The position numbers and the translations under genes are program-made. A stretch of 64,000 nucleotides of DNA from Kiritimatiellia bacterium. Lineage in GTDB: Bacteria; Verrucomicrobiota; Kiritimatiellia; RFP12; UBA1067. Where the stretch lies: NCBI GenBank assembly GCA_017463935.1, contig JAFUEM010000002.1, positions 531-64,530 of the forward strand. Direction: 5' to 3'. The notes beneath the pieces are model-generated. The model saw only the letters and a list, made by a program, of their open reading frames with translations, had not been told where the DNA came from and ran no database searches. This document shows, piece by piece, positions 52,716-60,863 of the stretch (within the stretch, counting starts at the first letter, position 1; each line of letters starts with the position of its first letter).

Positions 52716-54062
52716 TTAAACGTTGCACCTCGCAGCAAGCAGCAATTTTAGCAGAGCTAACGAATCGGACGCTCCCCATACCGCAAGCTTCTGTCCCGAT
52801 GCGATTGCACCTACAAACTCCGCCAATTCGTACCGCAATCCATCTCCGATAAATGGACAATAAACACGGCGGACGGTTTGTCCCATATCGTTGCGGATTT
52901 CAAAGTATTCCGTCTTCCACCAAGGACTCGGCACGTAAACATAACCTGTCGATCCAGCTACGGCGAGACTGCCCTCGGTTTTACCCCCAAGTCCAACCGT
53001 AAAAACACCCGTCGATGCTGAGTATTTGATAATGCCAGTAGCAAACGTCTCCACGCGGTCTCCCTGGTCTCGCAAGGAATGCGTTACCATCTGCGATGGA
53101 TCCGCCGCACCAAGTAGTTTTATTATAGGGCAAAGGACATAAGAAGCCAATTCGGACAAAGCCCCCCCCCCCATTTCCGGGTCGTATTCACGCAAGCTCT
53201 TGTCCGGAGTAAGTCGAGTAAAAGCGGCATTCACTTGTCGCACCTTACCGACAATGCCGCTTTTCACCAGATTTACGAGCCTTTTAAAACAAGGAGCAAA
53301 GGCCGTTTTCAAAGCTTCTTGGAGAATAACTCCGTTCTCTTCCGCCAGCGAATAAAGCGCCTTTGCTTCTTCATAGTCAAGTGTCAACGGTTTTTCGCAA
53401 AGAACATGCTTCTTCGCTTTAAGGGCCCGCCTGACATATTCCGAATGAAAGGGATGTGGCGTGGCGACGTATACCACATCGACTTTATCAAGCAATGTGT
53501 CGAAATCCGCGAAAACGTCCTTTATTGAATGCTTTTGAGAAAACTCCTCTGCAAGTCGAAGTTCTGGATTGCAAACAGCATCAAATACAATACCTGACAC
53601 AAATCGGCTCTCTACCATAAAACGATTGGCAATACGACCGCACCCGACAATTCCACCGCGCAATATATGCCGTGCATCATTTCTAATCATTGTAGAACTG
53701 ATTCCTTTTGTCCGAGGAAGGTATACGACCTTGCACCATTCCTTCAGATACTCGTACTTCCCAAGCCAGTCATCACCAATAACAAATATGTCTATATTAT
53801 AACGTTGAACATCTTCGATTTTCTGACCTTCATATTCCTCGACAAACAGCTCATCCGCGAGTCCGCTTCCCTTGACTTGTTCCATCCTATCCGCTAGGCT
53901 TTGAACCACATTCAATTTGCCACGTTCCCTATCATAATTCTCGCTGGTCACGCCGACAAAAAGCTTGCCGCCCTCACCACAAAACTCTTTGGCCCTTTCC
54001 AAAATGCGCCTATGTCCATCATGGAAGAAATCAAAAGTTCCGTATGTTATTACATTTGCCAT
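52716..54062 (-). CDS. Fusion protein: TagD-like cytidylyltransferase plus Gfo/Idh/MocA oxidoreductase
   Basis: The N-terminus MANVITYGTFDFFHDGHRRILERAK..DIFVIGDDWLGKYEYLKEW..YLPRTKGISST has its first 23 nt identical to tagD at 42751. Next comes ..GIVGCGRIANRF.. (Rossmann) and ..LCEKPL.., the Gfo/Idh/MocA signature. Confidence 0.8.
   Translation of the reverse strand: MANVITYGTFDFFHDGHRRILERAKEFCGEGGKLFVGVTSENYDRERGKLNVVQSLADRMEQVKGSGLADELFVEEYEGQKIEDVQRYNIDIFVIGDDWLGKYEYLKEWCKVVYLPRTKGISSTMIRNDARHILRGGIVGCGRIANRFMVESRFVSGIVFDAVCNPELRLAEEFSQKHSIKDVFADFDTLLDKVDVVYVATPHPFHSEYVRRALKAKKHVLCEKPLTLDYEEAKALYSLAEENGVILQEALKTAFAPCFKRLVNLVKSGIVGKVRQVNAAFTRLTPDKSLREYDPEMGGGALSELASYVLCPIIKLLGAADPSQMVTHSLRDQGDRVETFATGIIKYSASTGVFTVGLGGKTEGSLAVAGSTGYVYVPSPWWKTEYFEIRNDMGQTVRRVYCPFIGDGLRYELAEFVGAIASGQKLAVWGASDSLALLKLLLAARCNV
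53162..53172. repeat. Homopolymeric C11 (G11 on coding strand) inside the fusion gene, currently in frame
   Basis: Counted directly in ..caaagcccccccccccatttcc.. It encodes ..PEMGGGALS.. Confidence 0.9.
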
Positions 54063-54101
54063 ATGTCAAGTATTCTTATAAGAGCAATTTTCTTTTTTAT
54101 A

Positions 54102-55184
54102 CTAATCGAGAGCCACTTTCAATGATGCCTCTATTGACCTGTCCATGTCGTAGTATTTGTATCCGCCCAATCTGCCACCAACAACCAGTTTTTCCACTTT
54201 TACCGCCTCACTCTGATACTTCGCGAGAAGTTCGCGCGATTCAGCATTGTCAATAGGGTAGTATGGTTCGTCCCCAAGTTTCCAACTTGCTGAATATTCA
54301 CGCATAATGATCGTATTCTCGCATTCCATCACATCCTTCTGCTCAGGATGATAATGCTTGAACTCATGTATGCGAGTATAGGGCACATTAGCTTCGGTGT
54401 AGTTCACGACCGAGGTGCCTTGGTAATCCTTGACGGCGAGTTTTTCCGTCTCAAGGCGGAGTGTGCGCCATGGGAGATGCCCAAATCTGTAATCAAATAG
54501 AGCATCAATGGGGCCCGAATAGTAAACCGGCACATTCGGCAGGTCGTCGCCGCCAACCTTGAGGTCGTTCCCTTCAAGCCTGATTTCAGCGTTGCATCGC
54601 ACCTCGATGTTCGGGTGGTCCAAAAGGCGCTCAAAGAGCGAATTATAGCCAGTCAATGGAATGCCCTGGTTATAGTCGTTGAAGTAGTTTACATCGTAGT
54701 TTGAGCGAACAGGGACTCGCTTGATGATCGAGGGGTCGATTTCTTCAGGCGGCTTGCCCCACTGCTTCGAAGTGTAGCCACGGAAGAATGCATCGAATAT
54801 CGCCTTTGAGTGCGCTTCGTCCGCCATAAAGTCAGCTACTTCACCCGGCTTCAGTTCGATGCCGAAGAACTTGTTTATGAGCGCGAGGCCCAGCGGCAGG
54901 AAGTATGTCTTGCCTTGATACCACGCCAGAACTTTATGCTGATATCCATTGAACTTCACAAAGCGATTCACAAACTCCCACACTTCGGGAATGTGTGTAT
55001 GGAAAATGTGCGAGCCGTACTTATGAATCTCTATGCCGGTTTCTTCGTCAATTTCGCAGCGAACATTACCGCCGACAACAGGCCGCTTCTCCAGCACCAG
55101 CACCTTACGCCCAGCCTCAGCCAGCCGCCTCGCCACCGTGCATCCCCAAATGCCCGCGCCTGCTACTATGGAATCTACTGTCAT
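54102..55184 (-). CDS. glf: UDP-galactopyranose mutase
   Basis: MTVDSIVAGAGIWGCTVARRLAEAGRKVLVLEKRPVVGGN..YGSHIFHT.. It is the first gene of the co-directional operon. Confidence 0.9.
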   Translation of the reverse strand: MTVDSIVAGAGIWGCTVARRLAEAGRKVLVLEKRPVVGGNVRCEIDEETGIEIHKYGSHIFHTHIPEVWEFVNRFVKFNGYQHKVLAWYQGKTYFLPLGLALINKFFGIELKPGEVADFMADEAHSKAIFDAFFRGYTSKQWGKPPEEIDPSIIKRVPVRSNYDVNYFNDYNQGIPLTGYNSLFERLLDHPNIEVRCNAEIRLEGNDLKVGGDDLPNVPVYYSGPIDALFDYRFGHLPWRTLRLETEKLAVKDYQGTSVVNYTEANVPYTRIHEFKHYHPEQKDVMECENTIIMREYSASWKLGDEPYYPIDNAESRELLAKYQSEAVKVEKLVVGGRLGGYKYYDMDRSIEASLKVALD

Positions 55185-55595
55185 ATTTTAGATGTTGTGT
55201 TCACTTGTATGCCAATGTTCGTGAGTATTGATAGCCACTCTGGAAAATGTGTCATTCCGCATATATTATCGTCTAATATGCCAACATTTGTGTCCGTATG
55301 TATCGCTGAAAATCCGTTTTCAAGTCTTCCAACCGCCCCGCGACAGTTCAGAAATCGCCATTTTCTGCAAGTTATAGGTTGTGTTGGTGAGTATTGATTT
55401 GCACTCCGAAAAACCGCGTTTTCCCATTGAGTTCGTCGATACGTATTCGATTCATTCGCTCCCACCGCCATCACGCCGCGCCCAACAAATACAGCCCTTT
55501 CCTCAAAGTGGTGCTGATGTGAGTCCGCCTCGTTGTCCCGCGATCATCAACTTAGCAATTGCAAGACTTTTTACATGTAGCGTCTGGGTGTGTCA

Positions 55596-56108
55596 TCATC
55601 GTCTATACTCCTTAATCCTGTATTCACATTTGTTCCATAAATCTCTCACATTATATTCAGACCACTTACTGGCAAGGCAATCTACAACAGCGTATTTCCC
55701 GTTGAAACTATTTACGCCAACATTATCATATCCAAGATTATCAAATAGCGTTCCGTCCGCCCACATTTCATCCTCTGCGACCAGCACCCTGCCATATTTA
55801 CTTAGCAAATCCTCTGCCAGAAGTCTTTGCCCTTCTGCGTTACTATTGGGAACAATATCTATATATGGCTGCCTCAAAAGCAGCCCTGCAATATCGTGCC
55901 ATTGCACGTTGCCAAGTATCTCGTAGCCTGTTGTGTCGCCAAAATACTTATTATGCAACTCTATACGTTCTACATCTATACCCGAGCAACGCAACTTATA
56001 AACCCAATCGCCAACACGGACGACTTTTGCAGTCTCCATGCCATGCTGTAATTCCACTATCAGAAGCCCATTGGCCACAGATTCAATACATCTATCAAAA
56101 TCAATCAT
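55596..56108 (-). CDS. Hypothetical protein
   Basis: A 170-aa ORF with ATG 56108, ordinary composition and no recognisable motif. Confidence 0.4.
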   Translation of the reverse strand: MIDFDRCIESVANGLLIVELQHGMETAKVVRVGDWVYKLRCSGIDVERIELHNKYFGDTTGYEILGNVQWHDIAGLLLRQPYIDIVPNSNAEGQRLLAEDLLSKYGRVLVAEDEMWADGTLFDNLGYDNVGVNSFNGKYAVVDCLASKWSEYNVRDLWNKCEYRIKEYRR

Positions 56109-56394
56109 TTCAAACCATTTAACGCATTAATATGATTGATTATAGCCGCCACAAGGCCAACTGAGGCGAGTGTGATGTTTGCCGCTCTATTCGGATTCTG
56201 CTCCTGATTGATAGATTCTCCAGACGCAAGCAAGACTCAACCACATCATGAGAGGATTTCAAAGACGCACTCTGCGGAGCCCTTGCTGCTAGGGCAGCAA
56301 AGAACCCATTCACAAACGCATGAGCATCATCGAACTCGCTCATATATCCTGCTCGCCTTTTTGTTTTCTCAAGCCCGCGCGCCGCCACCATCAA

Positions 56395-57417
56395 TCACGT
56401 CGCGAACAACGGTTCGCCGTAGCGGATGCTTTTGGCGATTCCTTCGAGACCGGGGAACAGGCTCTGCGCCGACACGTTCGCTTGATCCAGCATATTCCAG
56501 ACCGCATGCTCCGGCAACCTGTTTCGATCAAAGACCAGCTTGATGCATGAGGCCGCGCGAAGTTTCGTTGTCACGCCAGATTTCAGCGGATCGGTCACGA
56601 CCTCGCCTGGATTGCGGATTTCCTGCGCGGACAAACCGAGCGACAGGGCGAGGTTGCTTTCGAAGCTGCTGAAGCTGCGCGGCAAAAGGAACAATCCTGA
56701 TTGCGCGACCAGCCTGTCATTTGCACCCGGCACATGGACCGGAATCACGCCTTCGCCCCTGCTTCCGCAGCGAATGACCTCGTCTGCAAGGCGAACAAGC
56801 GTATTCTGCAGTTCAAGCTGATTCTTGTAATATGACTTCTTGAGAAACATCATCCTGCGTTCATACGCAGGCCCCTTCGCGTCCCCGCTTTTGTCAAGGT
56901 CTTCCGCCAGGACGCTGATCAAATCATGCCGTATCGTGTCGTTGTGAATCAGGTCCTTGAACCGGATGGCATAGATTGCGCGCGTTGTCGTGGCCTGGCG
57001 GTTTTCAAACGCGAAATAGAGCGCCACATAGATCGATCGTGTAAAGTCGACGAGCCTTGTATGCGTTCCATAGTGCTGCATCGCGGCCAGCCATTCGACC
57101 TCATGGGTTTGTGGCACCATCTTGCCCTGTGAAAGTCGCTTGAACAGCTCAATCGCATAGCACTCGTCAGACTTGCCGAATTCAGGGGCGGCGACTTGCT
57201 GATTGTGCCCGTCTGCCTTCGGGGCAACCAGAAACTCCCGCTCCAGACTGCTCGACAACGGCCAGTCAGATGACGCATGCCCCCTGAAAATCCAGCCGCC
57301 GGTACCCAGCGCCCGAATCACCTTGCTGAGATGGCTCAGCTGATGGATCTCAACCTGAACAGCCTTCGGCTGCCGAGCTGTCCCGTCGTCTGGCGGCTCT
57401 ATGCGATTATCGTGCAT
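56395..57417 (-). CDS. FRG-domain protein
   Basis: Internal ATG 57417 (MHDNRIEPPDD..). ..GGWIFRGHASSDWPLSSSLER.. and ..AAMQHYGTHTRLVDFTRSIYVALYFA.. are FRG-domain hallmarks. The track 5' extension is R/A-rich and rejected. Confidence 0.75.
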   Translation of the reverse strand: MHDNRIEPPDDGTARQPKAVQVEIHQLSHLSKVIRALGTGGWIFRGHASSDWPLSSSLEREFLVAPKADGHNQQVAAPEFGKSDECYAIELFKRLSQGKMVPQTHEVEWLAAMQHYGTHTRLVDFTRSIYVALYFAFENRQATTTRAIYAIRFKDLIHNDTIRHDLISVLAEDLDKSGDAKGPAYERRMMFLKKSYYKNQLELQNTLVRLADEVIRCGSRGEGVIPVHVPGANDRLVAQSGLFLLPRSFSSFESNLALSLGLSAQEIRNPGEVVTDPLKSGVTTKLRAASCIKLVFDRNRLPEHAVWNMLDQANVSAQSLFPGLEGIAKSIRYGEPLFAT

Positions 57418-57526
57418 TGAAGTTTGAAGATTTCGGGGGCTGTCCCCACTGGCGAAACGAGCGCACTGAGCGGGCTTTGCATACTGCTTTTCGCGAACAT
57501 GTGTTCTCCATTTCGCGCACCGCCGC

Positions 57527-58372
57527 TCAGCCCAGCCGCTCGCGGAGGGCGTGGCCCTGCGCGTCCTTCCAGTCGGTAAGGCCGTTGGACATGCGCCCGC
57601 AGACAACCGACGACGCGGCGGACGGCGAGGCGAACTCGTAGTCGCGCGTGAAGACGTGCCGCCGGATCGTCCCGTTCGCCTCCAGCTCGCCGCGCAGGCG
57701 GAAGTACCGCCCGCCGACCCGCACAAACGACGGCACCGTCGCCTCAGTGGTGCGCGACCCCTTGAGCACCATGAACCCCGTCTTCGTCAGGAACCCCTTC
57801 GCGTCGGCGCCCGACGCCTTGCAGCAGAAACAATCCGTCGGCCCGCCCGCCTGCGGCTTCGGCAGCAGCACGCGATAGCCGAGCACGCCCATCAGCACGC
57901 GCGCATTCTCGATGAACTCCTCCATCGCTGCGCACTGCCATTCCTTCATGACGGTCTTGCCGTAGGTCTTCTTGGTCAGCGGCCGGGCGCGGTCGCACGC
58001 CTTCATGATCCCCACGAACCGGTGCTCCAGATAGCGGATCAGCGTCTTGTTCAGGTCGCGCCCCAGGAAGCAGACCGCCGTGTTCCAGTAGTAGGTCTCC
58101 TTCCCCGTCTTCGCATCGCGGATGTGCTGGAGCAGACGATCGCGCACATTCTCGGCCTCGCCGACGTAGACGCCTTCATCGCCGTCCTCGCCGTTGCCGC
58201 AGAAAAGGAAATAGACGCCGGCCCCCTGGATGTCCGCGCGCGCGCATCCCGCAACGTCATCGCGTGCGATTTTGAGGGCCTTGCCGTTCCAGTTGGACAG
58301 TTCGGCCACCACCAATCCGCCAACGGTTCCGTCGGCGAGGTAAAGTTCAATGCTCTTGCCGTGATTTGCCAT
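57527..58372 (-). CDS. GIY-YIG nuclease-family protein with DUF4357-type C-terminal domain
   Basis: ..GAGVYFLFCG..GVYVGEAENVRDRLLQH.. is GIY-YIG-like. The C-terminal ..GFMVLKGS..RLRGELEANGTI.. resembles DUF4357. Confidence 0.7.
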   Translation of the reverse strand: MANHGKSIELYLADGTVGGLVVAELSNWNGKALKIARDDVAGCARADIQGAGVYFLFCGNGEDGDEGVYVGEAENVRDRLLQHIRDAKTGKETYYWNTAVCFLGRDLNKTLIRYLEHRFVGIMKACDRARPLTKKTYGKTVMKEWQCAAMEEFIENARVLMGVLGYRVLLPKPQAGGPTDCFCCKASGADAKGFLTKTGFMVLKGSRTTEATVPSFVRVGGRYFRLRGELEANGTIRRHVFTRDYEFASPSAASSVVCGRMSNGLTDWKDAQGHALRERLG

Positions 58373-58618
58373 GTGTCAGTTCCTCATGCGCATCAGTTCG
58401 ACAACAGTATACCATTTCCGGCAAGACCGAGTCAATATCGCTTCATTCGGGGTCTGTCACCAGGGGTTTCCCAGGGATTGTTTTCACACCAGAGGCTGTT
58501 AAAAAAAACACTCCGTGCGCGTGGGGTATGCAGAATTTACCTCACGTACACGCTTAAGCAACCACAATATCTAGAAGATGCCAGAAGCATCTTGGTTGGT
58601 AGTGTATCATATTTTGCC

Positions 58619-58646
58619 CGCCGTGAACAGTCCGCACGGCGTTTTT
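58619..58646 (+). terminator. Plus-strand intrinsic-terminator-like hairpin with T5 tail, no annotated plus-strand gene upstream
   Basis: cgccgtg-aacagtccg-cacggcg is followed by ttttt (58642-58646). On the minus strand the tail would be A-rich. Confidence 0.45.
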
Positions 58647-58660
58647 GGGGGTCTGTCCCC
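58647..58660. repeat. GGGGTCTGTCCCC motif copy
   Basis: gggggtctgtcccc lies 5 nt from the HAD gene stop. A degenerate copy ggggtctgtcacc is at 58449-58461. Confidence 0.7.
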
Positions 58661-58664
58661 GCGC

Positions 58665-59312
58665 TCAGTCCTCGGCCTTCAGGAAGCGCAGCAGCTCGTT
58701 CATCCGGTTGATGCGCACCGTCGCGCGCGTATCGCCCGCCCGGCCGAACCCGAACGTACAGAACGCCCCCTTGACGCCCGCGTTCGTCGCACACGCCATG
58801 TCCGTCCAGTTGTCGCCGACCATCCAGTCGTGCGACGACAGCCGGTGAGCGCCCATCCGCGCCGCGCATTCCCTCAGCGGCAGCGCGCTCGGCTTCATCT
58901 CCGCGCAGTCGCCGCCCGCCACCACCGCGTTGCCGAAGTAGCGCGTCAGCCCGAAATGCTCCAGGATCGCCATCGTCGCGAACCGCGGCTTGGCGGTGTT
59001 GACGCCGAGCCGCCACCCGCGCGCGTGCAGCTCCGCCAGCGTCTCGCGCACGGTCGGATACAGCGTCACCGATTCGAGCGCGTGCTCTGCGTAGTGCGAC
59101 CGGAAAATCTCCCACAGCTTCTCCACCTCGCCCGCCCGCTCCGGGATCGCGTGCGCGAGCAGATATTTCGCGCCCTGCCCCACGTGAACGAGCACGTCCG
59201 CCTGCGGCAGGTCGGCGAGCCCCAGATCGCGCCGCGTATGGTTGACGGTCGCCGCCAGGTCGGCGCGCGTATCGGCGAGCGTTCCGTCGAGATCGAAAAA
59301 GCACGCGTTCAT
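58665..59312 (-). CDS. HAD-family phosphatase (phosphoglycolate phosphatase-like)
   Basis: Internal ATG 59312 gives MNACFFDLDGTLADT.. (DxDGT). ..GVNTAKP.. and ..MVGDNWTDMACATNAG.. are HAD motifs III/IV. Confidence 0.8.
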   Translation of the reverse strand: MNACFFDLDGTLADTRADLAATVNHTRRDLGLADLPQADVLVHVGQGAKYLLAHAIPERAGEVEKLWEIFRSHYAEHALESVTLYPTVRETLAELHARGWRLGVNTAKPRFATMAILEHFGLTRYFGNAVVAGGDCAEMKPSALPLRECAARMGAHRLSSHDWMVGDNWTDMACATNAGVKGAFCTFGFGRAGDTRATVRINRMNELLRFLKAED

Positions 59313-59325
59313 CTGCGTCCCTCCG

Positions 59326-60120
59326 CTAGTCCAGGATGCGCACCGTCGGCCCCGCACCCGAATACGAATCGAGCCCGCCCGTCGCGCCGCCGTCACCGTC
59401 CGTCTCGCCGACGGCCGCGCGCACGGCCTTCACCTTCGGCCGCTCGCCGAACAGCACCGTCCCGAGCCGCACCCACGTCGCGCCCTCCTCCACGGCCACC
59501 TCGTAGTCGCCGCTCATGCCCATCGACAGGCGCGGCAGCTTCACGCCGAGCGCCGCCTCCGTCGCGTCGCGCACCTCGCGCAGCCGCCGGAAGTACGGCC
59601 GCGCGTCCTCGGGGTTCTCGCTGAACGGCGCCATCGTCATCAGCCCCTCCACCGTCACGCGCGGGCAGTCGCGGCAGATGTGTTCGACCGTCGGCGCCAC
59701 ATCCTCGGGCTTCATGCCGTTCTTCGACTTCTCGCCCGACACGTTGACCTCGAGGAGGATGTGCGGCTGCGCACCGATCGCATCGGCGATCAGGTTGATG
59801 CGGTCGGCCAGCTTGACGGAATCGACGGAGTGGATGAAGTCGAAGATCTCCAGCGCCGGGCGCACCTTGTTCGACTGCAGATGACCGATCAGGTGCCAGT
59901 CCATCCCGCCGACGGCGGCCGCCTTCTTCCACGCCGCCTCCTGCACCTTGTTCTCGCCGACAATCCGCAGCCCCGCGTCGCGCGCCTCGCGCACGACATC
60001 CTCGCCGTGCGTCTTGGTGACGGCGATGATCTCGACCTCGGCGGGGTCGCGCCCCGCCCGTTTCGCGGCCGCGGCGATTCTGCCGCGCACCTCTTCCAGA
60101 ATTTCGCTCAATGGTTTCAT
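59326..60120 (-). CDS. yggS: PLP-binding homeostasis protein YggS
   Basis: Internal ATG 60120 gives MKPLSEILEEV..IIAVTKTHG..WHLIGHLQSNK..LSMGMSGDYEVAVEEGATWVRLGTVLFG. The track ORF 59326..62544 (1072 aa) is an out-of-frame artefact upstream of this start. Confidence 0.85.
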   Translation of the reverse strand: MKPLSEILEEVRGRIAAAAKRAGRDPAEVEIIAVTKTHGEDVVREARDAGLRIVGENKVQEAAWKKAAAVGGMDWHLIGHLQSNKVRPALEIFDFIHSVDSVKLADRINLIADAIGAQPHILLEVNVSGEKSKNGMKPEDVAPTVEHICRDCPRVTVEGLMTMAPFSENPEDARPYFRRLREVRDATEAALGVKLPRLSMGMSGDYEVAVEEGATWVRLGTVLFGERPKVKAVRAAVGETDGDGGATGGLDSYSGAGPTVRILD

Positions 60121-60201
60121 GATCCGTCCGCGCCTTTCGCGCTTCGATTTGTCCGCGCGTAGTATATCACATCCGCCGCGATTTATGTTATACTCTCGCC
60201 C

Positions 60202-60828
60202 ATGGACAGATTCACCGTTTCCGTCGGCTCCTACGAAGTCAACTGCTCGCTCGTGAGCACGGCCGGCCGCGCGCTCGTCGTCGATCCCGGCAGCGAAGGC
60301 GCGCGCCTCGTCCGCCTGCTCGCGCAAAAGGGCCTCGAGCCCGCCGCGATCCTGCTGACCCACGGCCACTTCGACCACATCGGCGGCGTGCACGAGCTGC
60401 AGGCCGCCTTCCCCGACCTGCCCGTCTACATCCATCCCGACGACACCGTCATGTTCGGCCACCCCTTCAACCAGTCGCCGCCCGACTATCCGCTCGCGCC
60501 CCGCCCGGCGAACATCCGCGACGCGCGCCAACTCGCGGCCGACGCGCCCGCGCTCGGCTTCACCGCGCCCGTCGAGACGATCCATACGCCCGGCCACACG
60601 CCCGGCGGCGTCTGCTACCACTTTCCCGCCGACGCGCTGCTCCTCTCGGGCGACACGCTCTTCGCGGGCTCGGCCGGCCGCACCGATTTCCCGGGCGGCA
60701 GCATGAACCGCCTGATGGCCTCGCTCAAGGCGCTGACCGCGCTCCCCGACGCGACGCTCGTCATCCCGGGCCACGGGCCGCACACGACGATCGCCGCCGA
60801 AAAGGCGACGAATCCGTTTCTGATCTGA
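60202..60828 (+). CDS. MBL-fold metallo-hydrolase (GloB-like)
   Basis: ..LLTHGHFDHIGG.. (HxHxDH), ..HTPGHTPGG.., ..GDTLFAGSAGRTDFPGG.. Confidence 0.85.
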   Translation: MDRFTVSVGSYEVNCSLVSTAGRALVVDPGSEGARLVRLLAQKGLEPAAILLTHGHFDHIGGVHELQAAFPDLPVYIHPDDTVMFGHPFNQSPPDYPLAPRPANIRDARQLAADAPALGFTAPVETIHTPGHTPGGVCYHFPADALLLSGDTLFAGSAGRTDFPGGSMNRLMASLKALTALPDATLVIPGHGPHTTIAAEKATNPFLI

Positions 60829-60863
60829 CCGCCCGCGCCGCCGCACCGTGCGCGGCCCGGCCG

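Noticed and set aside
55459-55476. ops/JUMPstart-like sequence on the minus strand (GGCGGTGGGAGC) in the operon leader.
   Set aside because: It differs from the GGCGGTAGnnTG consensus at the critical A7 and at T11/G12. No RfaH-type gene is visible, and the lineage may not use this mechanism.
2780-56394. Classical integrative island or ICE or prophage interpretation.
   Set aside because: No integrase, excisionase, transposase, conjugation or phage structural genes are present, and there is no tRNA or att-like direct repeat at the borders.
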